The notes under the pieces: generated by a model | What the model was told of the DNA's origin: nothing | Databases searched by the model: none | Seen by the model: the letters and a program-made list of their open reading frames with translations, nothing else | DNA from: Vulcanimicrobiales bacterium | Lineage (GTDB): Bacteria > Vulcanimicrobiota > Vulcanimicrobiia > Vulcanimicrobiales > Vulcanimicrobiaceae | Length of the DNA: 64,000 nucleotides | Reading direction: 5' to 3' | Assembly (NCBI GenBank): GCA_038215615.1 | Contig: JBBQQR010000010.1 | Coordinates: forward strand, 9,629-73,628 | In this document: positions 55,487 to 64,000 of the stretch, piece after piece | Numbering within the stretch: the first letter of the stretch is position 1 | Layout: every line of letters begins with the position of its first letter | Program-made: the position numbers and the translations under genes

Positions 55487-56242
55487 CTACCCGGTGATGT
55501 GGCGAAAGACCATGGCGATGGCCGCAAGCGTCAACGCTGCCGCAACGCACAGCATCAGAGGCCGTGATTTTAAGCGCGCCGAGAGCCGCGCGCCAACCGG
55601 GCCGCCCAACAAACCCGCGGCGGCCAGCGTAAGAGCATACGTCCAAGCAATGTCGTGCTGGATAGCATGCGTGATAAAACCGACCGGCGATGTCAGCAGT
55701 ATCGCAAACTGCGAGGTGGCGCTAATCGCATGCGCCGGCAACGCGGTGAAATAGAGGAGCGAAGGAACCAGAATCACGCCGCCCCCGACTCCGAAGAGAC
55801 TGGAAACGAAACCGACGACAAAACCCATCGCAAGAGCTGCTGCCGGCCTGGTCTTTATTGTAACGGCCGCCGCTTCCAATCGTGTTCGCCGGTTCGCGAC
55901 GATATCTGCGGAAACGAAAATCAAGAACGCCGCGAACAGCCAGTCGAAGACGGGTGGCGATGCGTGTTTCACTGCGATTGCTCCCAGAATGCTTCCCGGT
56001 ATTCCGCCTACGGCCACCATCCAGCCGGTGCGCACGTGTACGCGGCGCTGCAGCAGATACGATGTCGAACTGCTCGCGCCGTTGGCGAGCACGAGCGCCA
56101 GCGACGTGCCCGCGGCGGCCGCCGGCGAGAAACCGAAAAAGAGCCGCAGCACCGGCGCCATGATGAATCCGCCGCTCAGCCCCACCATCGACCCGAAAGC
56201 GCTTGCGACGAATCCTATAAGGAAGAGCCAGAGCCAAATCAC
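55487..56242 (-). CDS. TSUP (TauE/SafE) family transporter
   Basis: Two GxxGxGGG repeats (GSMVGLSGG, SLFGVGGG), AGTSL, ATS; about 8 TMs. Confidence 0.88.
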   Translation of the reverse strand: MIWLWLFLIGFVASAFGSMVGLSGGFIMAPVLRLFFGFSPAAAAGTSLALVLANGASSSTSYLLQRRVHVRTGWMVAVGGIPGSILGAIAVKHASPPVFDWLFAAFLIFVSADIVANRRTRLEAAAVTIKTRPAAALAMGFVVGFVSSLFGVGGGVILVPSLLYFTALPAHAISATSQFAILLTSPVGFITHAIQHDIAWTYALTLAAAGLLGGPVGARLSARLKSRPLMLCVAAALTLAAIAMVFRHITG

Positions 56243-56253
56243 CGCAGAGTCGG

Positions 56254-56811
56254 CTACGCCCGACCAATATAACGCCGGTCGCGCGTGTCGATGCGAATGA
56301 TGTCGCCGGAATTAACGAACAGGGGCACGTTGACGACCGCGCCGGTTTCGAGCGTTGCAGGCTTGGTCGTGCCCTGCGCGGTGTCACCTTTGAATCCGGG
56401 ATCGGTCGTTTCGATACGCAGCTCGACGTGCGCGGGCAGATCGCAGCCGATCGGGTTGCCGTCGTGAAACTGGACTTCGACCATCATGCCGTCTTTGAGG
56501 AAATCGGCGGGGCCGCCGATCAGGTCGCGCTGGAGCGTGACGTTTTCGAACGTCTCCTTGTCCATGAAGTGGTAGCCTTCGGAGTCGTTGTAGAGCATTT
56601 GCATCTCACGGTTGTCCACCGTGGCGCGCTCGAGCTTTTCGCCCGCGCGAAAAGTGCGCTCGACGGTCGAGCCGGTCTTGACGTTCTTCATCCGCGTGCG
56701 CACGAAGGCGGAGCCCTTGCCGGGCTTGACGTGCTGAAACTCGATGACGGTCCAGAGCTGGCCTTCAATAACGATCGTGATGCCGTTGCGCAAGTCGTTG
56801 GAAGAGATCAT
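56254..56811 (-). CDS. efp: Elongation factor P
   Basis: HVKPGKGSAFVR, PGFKGDTA, KPATLETG. Confidence 0.97.
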   Translation of the reverse strand: MISSNDLRNGITIVIEGQLWTVIEFQHVKPGKGSAFVRTRMKNVKTGSTVERTFRAGEKLERATVDNREMQMLYNDSEGYHFMDKETFENVTLQRDLIGGPADFLKDGMMVEVQFHDGNPIGCDLPAHVELRIETTDPGFKGDTAQGTTKPATLETGAVVNVPLFVNSGDIIRIDTRDRRYIGRA

Positions 56812-56848
56812 GAGGGTGCCTTACGCAGCGCGGTTTGCCGAGCCCTTG

Positions 56849-57436
56849 CTAAAGCTCGATGGCGTTTTCGCGTCCGGCAAGCAGCCGGGCAATATTTTCG
56901 CGGTGCGTGTATACAATGAAGGCGGCCGCAAAAATTCCGTAACCCGTCAGCCACGGGTCGCGCGTAAAATACCAGAGGGCTGCGGCGGCCAGCACGCTTC
57001 CGGCCATGGAGCCGACCGACGAGTAGCGCGACGCGAGCGCGCCCACAGCCCATCCGCCGATTGCGACGAGCCCGGCAGGCCAACACAATGCGAAGATCGC
57101 GCCGAACGACGTCGCCACGCCTTTGCCGCCCTTCCAGCCCATCCACGGGGAGAAGCAATGGCCCAGGACGGCGCAAGCCGCCACGATCGCGGCGACCGAA
57201 GGCGGCACGATATCGCGGTGAAAAAGAAGATGCGTCGGGAGAAATCCTTTCAGCGCATCGAGCAGGAGCACCGCAACCGCGCCGGCCTTGCCGAGCGTGC
57301 GCAGCGCGTTCATCGCGCCGATGTTTCCGCTGCCCGATTTCCGGATATCGGTTTTGAAAAACACCACGCCGATAAGGTAGCCGAAAGGAATCGAGCCGAT
57401 CAAGAAAGAGGCGACGGCGATTAGAGCGACGGTCAT
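56849..57436 (-). CDS. plsY: Glycerol-3-phosphate acyltransferase
   Basis: GSIP, GSGNIGAMN, DALKG, GH, GGKGVAT, HRENI. Confidence 0.95.
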   Translation of the reverse strand: MTVALIAVASFLIGSIPFGYLIGVVFFKTDIRKSGSGNIGAMNALRTLGKAGAVAVLLLDALKGFLPTHLLFHRDIVPPSVAAIVAACAVLGHCFSPWMGWKGGKGVATSFGAIFALCWPAGLVAIGGWAVGALASRYSSVGSMAGSVLAAAALWYFTRDPWLTGYGIFAAAFIVYTHRENIARLLAGRENAIEL

Positions 57437-58779
57437 TCCCGAACCTCACGGGTGCGTTCGCGGAACTGCAGCGTGAGCGGCACGCCTTCGAAATCAAAAT
57501 TTTTCCGGATGGTGTTTTCAAGGAAGCGCCGGTAAGATGTCTGCACCAGTTTCGGGTCGTTGACGTGAAAAACGAAAAGCGGCGGATGCACACCCGGTTG
57601 GGAAGCGTAGAGAATTTTTACCGGTTTGCCACCAGGGGCGGGAGGCGGATGCGCGAGCGCAGCGTCGCGCACGACCGCGTTCAGCTTCGCCGTTGCCACG
57701 TGCCTGTCCAAATTTTCCGCGACGTGCGTGACGACCGGCATCAGGCTTTGCAGGCGCCGCTGCGTCTTCGCCGAGAGAAACGCAACGGGCGCAAATCGGG
57801 CGAAAGGCAGCTGTTCGTGGATCACGGTTGTCAACTCGTTCTGGCTATACTCACCTTGCTCGCGCGCGAGGTCCCACTTGTTGCCCACCAGGATGAGGCC
57901 TTTGCGTTCTTCGAGTATCAATCCGGCCAAGCGGCGTTCTTGGGCGAGAATGCCGTGCATCGTATCGAAGAGCAGAATGGCGATGTCGCAGCGGGCGATC
58001 GCGCCGAGAGAACGCAGGGCCGCGTAATATTCTATCGCTCCGTGCGCTTTGGGTTTACTGCGCAGGCCCGCCGTATCGATCAGCCGCAGCCGGCGATCCT
58101 GATACGTGAGGATCGAATCGATGGCGTCGCGCGTCGTGCCGGGAACATCAGAAACGACCGAACGTTCGGATCCAATCAGGGCGTTCAGCAGCGAGCTCTT
58201 GCCGACGTTCGGCCGCCCGACGATCGCGATCGCCAGCTCGCCCGAGTTGTCTTCCGCAGAAGCGTCCGGCGGCAATTTTTCGACCACGCGATCCAATAAG
58301 TCGCCGGTCCCCTCGCCGTGAATTGCCGATACCGCGAGAGGCTCGCCGAATCCGAACGCGGCGAACTCGGCGTACATTGCCGCGAGCGCGCTCGGTGACT
58401 CGGCTTTATTGGCGGCAAGAATGACGGGGCGCCGCGTCTTGCGCAAAATTTTCGCGACGTCGTCGTCGACCGGATTACGCCCCGTGGCGGCATCGACCAC
58501 GAAGAGAATGACGTCGGCTTCCTGCGCCGCCGCTTCGGCTTGTTTTTGGGTTGCCGCGATTGCGTCGTCGGGATCTTTTTCAGCGGTCGGATCGATGCCG
58601 GCCGTGTCGACCAAACTGAACGTGCGGCCGCGCCATTCGCACAGGCCGTACAAACGGTCGCGCGTTACGCCCGGCGTATCTTCGACGATCGCCATGCGCT
58701 GCCCGATCAGCCGGTTGAAGAGCGCGCTCTTGCCGACGTTCGGCCGCCCGACAATGGCGACCGTGGCGGGATGAAGCAT
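57433..58779 (-). CDS. der: Ribosome biogenesis GTPase Der
   Basis: Two GRPNVGKS G-domains, PGVTRD, PGTTRD, DTAG, C-terminal KH-like domain; ATG 58779. Confidence 0.96.
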   Translation of the reverse strand: MLHPATVAIVGRPNVGKSALFNRLIGQRMAIVEDTPGVTRDRLYGLCEWRGRTFSLVDTAGIDPTAEKDPDDAIAATQKQAEAAAQEADVILFVVDAATGRNPVDDDVAKILRKTRRPVILAANKAESPSALAAMYAEFAAFGFGEPLAVSAIHGEGTGDLLDRVVEKLPPDASAEDNSGELAIAIVGRPNVGKSSLLNALIGSERSVVSDVPGTTRDAIDSILTYQDRRLRLIDTAGLRSKPKAHGAIEYYAALRSLGAIARCDIAILLFDTMHGILAQERRLAGLILEERKGLILVGNKWDLAREQGEYSQNELTTVIHEQLPFARFAPVAFLSAKTQRRLQSLMPVVTHVAENLDRHVATAKLNAVVRDAALAHPPPAPGGKPVKILYASQPGVHPPLFVFHVNDPKLVQTSYRRFLENTIRKNFDFEGVPLTLQFRERTREVRE

Positions 58780-58862
58780 GGCGCCTTCGCGTTCGTCAGT
58801 TTGCACCGTCCGGGGGGTTCCGCCGCACTCGGGGTATTCCCGCGCACGCTGCCGAACAGGCG

Positions 58863-60272
58863 ATGCCCGTGGCGAGCATTTATATTGAAACACACGGCTG
58901 CCAAATGAACGAGGCCGATTCGCAGTATATAGCGGACCGCGCCGCGTCGGCCGGCTATGCCATGGCCGATCGGGCAGAAGACGCCAATATCGTTATTCTC
59001 AATACGTGCACCGTTCGCGATAACGCCGAACGGCGCGCATACGGACGCATGGGTCACTTCAAGTCGCTTAAAACTGCGCACCCCGCGCGCAGGCTGATCG
59101 TCACGGGCTGCTTGGCCGAACAAGATCGCGATCGCATGCGCCGGATCGCCCCGCACGTCGATGCAGTGTTCGGCACTTCGGAGCTGGCGCAGCTCGGGGA
59201 TACGATCGCGCGCTGGCGCGACGAGTTTGTTGAAACGGAATTCAGCGAAGAGCGCGCGCTACGTATGCCGATCGGCGGCTCGCCCGATTGCGTCGCAGGC
59301 GCATTTTCTCCGCTGCGCGGATTCGTGACGGTACAGCGCGGCTGCTCGTATTATTGTACGTTCTGCATCGTGCCGCATGTGCGCGGCCGTTTCGATCACC
59401 GCCCCATGGCCGAAATCTTGAGCGAGGCACAGCAGCGCGTCGTCGAAGGTGCGCGCGAGATCATGCTCGTCGGACAAACGGTCAACGCTTACCGCGATCC
59501 CGCCCAAGGCGGAGACTTTGGGTGGCTCTGTGCGCGCGTCGCGCAGATTCCGGGATTGGAACGGTTAACGTTCATCTCGCCGCATCCCAAAGATTTCACC
59601 CGCGAAATGCTGCGCCAGCTCTCGCAGATTCCGCAGATCAATCCACGCATCCATTTGCCGCTGCAGTCGGCGAGCGATCCGATGCTGCGCCGTATGAACC
59701 GCAAGTATACATTTTCGCAGTACACGGAAAAAGCGGCCTGGATTCGCGAGCTCTTTCCGGGCGCGGCGATTACGACGGATTTCATCGTGGGCTTTCCCGG
59801 CGAGACCGAACGGGATTTTCAGGCGACGCTGGACTGCGTGCGCAGCGGCATGTTTGCCAACGCCTATATGTACATCTACTCTAAACGCCGCGGCACGCCG
59901 GCGGCGCATTGGGAGCAAGTCGAACCGGCCGTGGCCGGCGAGCGCCACGCGCGGCTGGCCGACGCACAGAACGCCGTCGCCCGTGCGTTCCATGATGGGA
60001 AGGCCGGCCTGGAAGTCCGCGCGCTCGTGCAGGGCGTCTCGAAAAAAGACCGCTCGAAGCTCGCCGCCAAGACGCTCGACAACGTGACCGTCATCGTTGC
60101 TCAGCCGCCCGACTACGACGAGCGCCTTTACGCGAGCGAGCCGTGGCTCGACGTTCGCATCGATTCGGCCCACAAGTGGGGCTGCGACGGCACGGTCGTC
60201 AGGCGGGCGCGGAGCTTCGCCGATCGCGGATCGGTCGTCAAAACACCGTTAATAAACTTGCTCACAGCGTAG
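58863..60272 (+). CDS. miaB: tRNA-i6A37 methylthiotransferase
   Basis: THGCQMNEADS, NTCTVR, GCLA, GCSYYCTFCIVP, HLPLQS, IVGFPGET. Confidence 0.92.
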   Translation: MPVASIYIETHGCQMNEADSQYIADRAASAGYAMADRAEDANIVILNTCTVRDNAERRAYGRMGHFKSLKTAHPARRLIVTGCLAEQDRDRMRRIAPHVDAVFGTSELAQLGDTIARWRDEFVETEFSEERALRMPIGGSPDCVAGAFSPLRGFVTVQRGCSYYCTFCIVPHVRGRFDHRPMAEILSEAQQRVVEGAREIMLVGQTVNAYRDPAQGGDFGWLCARVAQIPGLERLTFISPHPKDFTREMLRQLSQIPQINPRIHLPLQSASDPMLRRMNRKYTFSQYTEKAAWIRELFPGAAITTDFIVGFPGETERDFQATLDCVRSGMFANAYMYIYSKRRGTPAAHWEQVEPAVAGERHARLADAQNAVARAFHDGKAGLEVRALVQGVSKKDRSKLAAKTLDNVTVIVAQPPDYDERLYASEPWLDVRIDSAHKWGCDGTVVRRARSFADRGSVVKTPLINLLTA

Positions 60273-60313
60273 TCGCAAGTTATCCACAGCCCGCCTCACG
60301 AAATGCGCGGAGC

Positions 60314-62812
60314 GTGAGCGAGCGGTATTCACCGATGCTCGAGCAGTACTTTGGGATGAAAGCTCGTCATCCCGAAGCGATTTTGCTTTCGCGGGTCGGT
60401 GATTTTTATGAAGCCTATGGTGAGGACGCAGAACGGATTGCGCCCGCACTTTCGATCGCGCTGACGTCAAAAGAAGCCGGCAGCGGTCAGCGCATCGCGA
60501 TGGCGGGCGTTCCCTATCACGCGCTTTCACAATATTTGGCTCGCCTCGTACAGCAGCGCTACATCGTCGCGCTTGCCGAACAACTCGAAGTTGCGCAGCC
60601 GAACAAACTCGTGCGCCGCGACGTCGTTCGCATCGTGACGCCCGGCACGCTGATCGAAGATCAACTGCTCGACGGCAAACAAAACAATTATCTGGCTGCC
60701 ATTACCGCGGTCGACGACACCTATGGACTAGCTTACGCGGACGTTTCGACGGGTCTTTGCGCGGCCACGGCGCTTTCAGGAGAAGCGGCGTTCGAGGAAC
60801 TGCTGGCCGAGATTGGGCGCATCGGTCCGGCGGAAATCGTGGCGGACGTTCCGCCGGGCCTGCGCGCGAATCTTTCGCTGACTCTGGAAAGCTCGGGAGT
60901 ACGCGTCGCCGCGCCCGCACTTTGCTCTGTCGAAACGCGCGACCGCCGATCGATTGAGGGTTTTTCGGTCGACGAAGCGCTTGCGATGCACCGCGCGCTC
61001 GACGCTGTTGCCGGCTTCGTGCGGCGGTCGGGCGTTGCACCTACGAGCTCGACGCAATCGGCGGAAGCGAGCACGTTGCGGCCGCCCGATTTCTATCGTT
61101 ACCGCACGTTCTTGGCGCTCGATCCGAATACGCGAAAAAATCTCGAACTCGTGAAGGCGCTCGGCGCAAATCCGAAGGCCACACTCCAGGCGACTCTCGA
61201 CAAGTGCGCGACATCGATGGGTTCCCGGCTCCTGGCGCGCTGGATCCTGGCTCCTCTGGTTGACACGGAAGCGATCGGGAAGCGGCAAGATGCGGTGGCG
61301 GCCTTGGTCGCCGAGCACGTCCGGCGGGAGGCTATGCAAGAATTGCTGCGCGGATGCTTCGATCTCGAGCGCATCTCGCAGAAGGTGCGTTTCAAGCGCG
61401 CGCTGCCACGCGATTTAGCGTCGCTGCGCCGCACGCTGGAGACTTTGCGCCCGTTGCGACAGGTCACCCCGCCGGCACTGAAGTCGTATGCGGAGCGCAT
61501 GGGCGACTTCGAGGAGATGCTGGCCGATCTCAATATGACGCTTGTTGACGAGCCGCCCGCGCAGCTGGTGGACGGGGGCGTGATACGCGCTGCGGCAAGC
61601 GCCGAACTCGCCGAGTGCGTGAGCCTGCGGACCGACGCGCGCGCGAAACTTTCCGAACTTGAAGAACGCGAGCGCGAGCGCACGGGCATAAAAACACTGA
61701 AGATCAAGTATGTCAGCACGTTCGGATACGCCATCGAGGTGGGCAAAGCGCATGCGGCCAGCGTACCGGCCGATTACGTTCGCAAGCAAACGCTGACCAC
61801 GGGCGAGCGCTACACGACGCCTGAGCTCAAAGAACTTGAGATCGCCATTTCAACCGCGCAGTCGCGGCAACTGCGGCTCGAAGAGCAACTCTTCGGCGAA
61901 CTGGTCGACCGGATCGCGGCGCGCATCGAAGAATTGCTGGCGGCCGGCGAGACGCTGGCCGAAGTAGACGCGCTTGCCTCGCTGGCGCAGTGCGCGGCGG
62001 AGCGCGGTTACGTGCGGCCGAAGTTTGTGCAAGAGAGCATCGTCGAATTCAAAGACGGTAGACATCCGGTGATGGAAGCGATCCTGCACGCGAATTTCAT
62101 CCCCAACGATTTGCATTTGCGTGAAGGCGAGCACCGCTTCGTTTTGCTGACCGGGCCGAACATGGGCGGAAAATCGACGTACCTGCGACAGGCGGCGCTG
62201 CTGACCATCATGGCGCAGATCGGTTCGTTCGTGCCGGCGAAGTCAGCGCGCCTGGGTATCGTGGACCGCATCTTCACGCGTATCGGCGCGGGCGACGACC
62301 TGGCGTCGGGGCAATCGACGTTCTACATCGAGATGTCGGAAGCCGCAAACATTCTGCGCCGCTGCACGCGCAGCAGTTTGCTCCTGATCGACGAAGTCGG
62401 GCGCGGCACCGGCACGATCGACGGATTGTCCATCGCGCAAGCGATCTGCGAATTTTTGCTCGGTCTGGAAGATCAGGCGCCGCTCGTTCTCTTCGCGACC
62501 CATTTTCACGAACTCGTCGCGCTGGCCGAACACTGGAAACTGGTTGCGAACTATCATGTAACGGCCGTTGAGAAAACCGGCGCCGACGGCGGTCCAGTCT
62601 TTTCGCATCGCGTCCTGGCGGGAAGTACGTCGCGGTCGTTCGGCATCGAAGTGGGCCGTATGGCCGGCTTGCCCGACGCCGTCGTCGAGCGCGCGCAAGA
62701 GATCGCCGACGCGCTTTCCGGAAAGGCCGACGTCGAGGAGCAAGTTCCGTTGCGCCGCCCCTTACCGAAGATCGTCCCCGCCGAACGGCAGATGACATTC
62801 CTCGATTCGTAA
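60314..62812 (+). CDS. mutS: DNA mismatch repair protein MutS
   Basis: SPMLEQY, GDFYE, TGPNMGGKST, STFYIEM, DEVGRGT, FATHFHEL; start GTG 60314 inferred. Confidence 0.96.
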   Translation: MSERYSPMLEQYFGMKARHPEAILLSRVGDFYEAYGEDAERIAPALSIALTSKEAGSGQRIAMAGVPYHALSQYLARLVQQRYIVALAEQLEVAQPNKLVRRDVVRIVTPGTLIEDQLLDGKQNNYLAAITAVDDTYGLAYADVSTGLCAATALSGEAAFEELLAEIGRIGPAEIVADVPPGLRANLSLTLESSGVRVAAPALCSVETRDRRSIEGFSVDEALAMHRALDAVAGFVRRSGVAPTSSTQSAEASTLRPPDFYRYRTFLALDPNTRKNLELVKALGANPKATLQATLDKCATSMGSRLLARWILAPLVDTEAIGKRQDAVAALVAEHVRREAMQELLRGCFDLERISQKVRFKRALPRDLASLRRTLETLRPLRQVTPPALKSYAERMGDFEEMLADLNMTLVDEPPAQLVDGGVIRAAASAELAECVSLRTDARAKLSELEERERERTGIKTLKIKYVSTFGYAIEVGKAHAASVPADYVRKQTLTTGERYTTPELKELEIAISTAQSRQLRLEEQLFGELVDRIAARIEELLAAGETLAEVDALASLAQCAAERGYVRPKFVQESIVEFKDGRHPVMEAILHANFIPNDLHLREGEHRFVLLTGPNMGGKSTYLRQAALLTIMAQIGSFVPAKSARLGIVDRIFTRIGAGDDLASGQSTFYIEMSEAANILRRCTRSSLLLIDEVGRGTGTIDGLSIAQAICEFLLGLEDQAPLVLFATHFHELVALAEHWKLVANYHVTAVEKTGADGGPVFSHRVLAGSTSRSFGIEVGRMAGLPDAVVERAQEIADALSGKADVEEQVPLRRPLPKIVPAERQMTFLDS

Positions 62813-62813
62813 G

Positions 62814-64000
62814 ATGATCCACGTTCTCGATCCGCAGACCGTCGGGCAGATTGCCGCCGGCGAGATTATCGAACGTCCGCTTTCGGTTGTGAAAGAACTC
62901 GTTGAAAACTCAGTAGATGCGGGGGCGACGCGCGTAACGGTGACGCTGGAAGAAGGCGGCATTGCAGCGATCGAGGTCGCCGACGACGGGGGCGGCATCG
63001 AACCGTCGGATCTTGAGATGGCGGTACGAAGGCATGCGACCAGCAAACTCTCGCGCGCCACGGATCTCGAATCGATTTCGACGCTCGGATTTCGCGGTGA
63101 AGGCCTAGCGAGCATCGCAGCCGTGTCGCGTCTGGAGATTCTTTCGCGCGGAATCGGAAGCGATGTCGGTGCGCGCGTCACCGCCCATGCGGAAAGGGTT
63201 AGCAGCATAGAGAAGGCGGCGGCGCCCGTTGGAACCATCGTGCGCGCGCGCGAACTTTTCGGCAACGTTCCCGTGCGCCGCGAGTATTTGAAGTCGCCGG
63301 CGGCCGAGCTGGCGCGCATCTCGTCCTGGCTCTCGACCTTTTCACTGGGTTATCCGCGCGTCACGTTCGCGCTGCGTCACGACGGCAAGGAAGTGTGGGT
63401 CATGCCCGCGGTCGATGACGAGACGGCGCGGTTAGCGATGGTATTCGGAAAGGCGGCCGCTCAATCGCTGATTCCGATCGACGGTGAAGCAGCGCGCAGC
63501 ATGCATGGATCGCTTTCCGGCTTCATCAGCACGCCCGGCAACGATCGCGCTGACCGGCGTATGCAAATTCTATTCGTGAACGGACGGCTGCTTCGCAGTA
63601 CGCTGTTGGCCGGCGCATGGAGCGCCGGCTATGCGACCTTCGCGATGACCGGACGGCAGCCGTACGGGGTGCTCTTCTTGCAGCTTCCACCCGATCACGT
63701 CGACCCAAATATTCATCCGACCAAAAGTGACGTGCGGTTACGCTTCGGTCACCAAGTGGCCGACACGGTGAAACGCGCGATAGCGGTCACCTTGCGCAAC
63801 CATGCGGCGCGGCGCTTCGGGGATTCGGTTACCGTGTCGGCGGCGCCCGAGAGCATCGACGCCAGCCTCGCGCACTTACAGACACTTTTCGAGCGCGTGC
63901 CCGCCGACGATCCGTCGGAGACCGGCGCGCAGAGCGGGCTGCGCGTGCTGGCCCAAATCGACCGCACCTATATTCTGGCGACCGACGGCAGCGCGATCGT
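62814..64000 (+). CDS. mutL: DNA mismatch repair protein MutL (runs off the window edge)
   Basis: Translated by hand: MIHVLDPQTVGQIAAGEIIERPLSVVKELVENSVDAGA...RHATSKL...LGFRGEGLASI...DPNIHPTK. Confidence 0.95.
   Translation, partial: MIHVLDPQTVGQIAAGEIIERPLSVVKELVENSVDAGATRVTVTLEEGGIAAIEVADDGGGIEPSDLEMAVRRHATSKLSRATDLESISTLGFRGEGLASIAAVSRLEILSRGIGSDVGARVTAHAERVSSIEKAAAPVGTIVRARELFGNVPVRREYLKSPAAELARISSWLSTFSLGYPRVTFALRHDGKEVWVMPAVDDETARLAMVFGKAAAQSLIPIDGEAARSMHGSLSGFISTPGNDRADRRMQILFVNGRLLRSTLLAGAWSAGYATFAMTGRQPYGVLFLQLPPDHVDPNIHPTKSDVRLRFGHQVADTVKRAIAVTLRNHAARRFGDSVTVSAAPESIDASLAHLQTLFERVPADDPSETGAQSGLRVLAQIDRTYILATDGSAI

Noticed and set aside
56254..56811. EF-P near many polyproline-containing genes
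   Set aside because: efp is a universal housekeeping gene with an ordinary KPGKG loop; proximity carries no evidence of a special system.
1..64000. tRNA, rRNA, tmRNA, SRP RNA, prophage or defence island
   Set aside because: No such motifs recognised in the short intergenic gaps, and no integrase, phage or known defence genes; a by-eye search could miss divergent RNAs.

Overview
Gene-dense, GC-rich bacterial chromosomal window with about 65 CDS and no rRNA, tRNA, CRISPR array, integrase or transposase that I could recognise. The organism is diderm (TolC and a beta-barrel protein) with Terrabacteria-like gene orders (sufCDSU, miaB-mutS-mutL). My impression is a lineage such as Eremiobacterota (WPS-2), but this is unverified inference. 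Main blocks, in order: (1) an ECF sigma factor coupled to a zinc anti-sigma (ZAS) protein that appears fused to an Ogt-like domain, cut by the window edge; (2) sufC-sufD-sufS-sufU without sufB, divergent from a SufR-like regulator and an atypical IscU; (3) a folD operon; (4) resA-like and resB-like genes; (5) a nitrilase-family/YncE/phosphodiester glycosidase/tldD/tldE run; (6) two paralogous secreted proteins sharing an APxDEYFGRLKxSxLGI motif, followed by an approximately 180-bp highly structured inverted-repeat element with two CsrA-site-like loops; (7) a copper-amine-oxidase-N-domain beta-barrel envelope protein; (8) MFP, TolC, fused AhbAB-like and two peptide-binding proteins; (9) ndh with a LeuA-family synthase, a small DUF4258/DUF2283-like TA relic, tandem M55 peptidases and fumC; (10) a hopanoid cluster (hpnK-hpnI divergent from fni-hpnC-hpnD-hpnE-shc-hpnH-hpnA-hpnG); (11) GGDEF-EAL, efp, plsY, der, miaB, mutS and mutL. 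The best candidates for undescribed systems are the ECF/ZAS-Ogt module, the structured repeat element and the APxDEYFG paralogue family. Several genes may use non-canonical starts (CTG, ATA, ATC). All family calls come from motif recognition by eye, not database searches.
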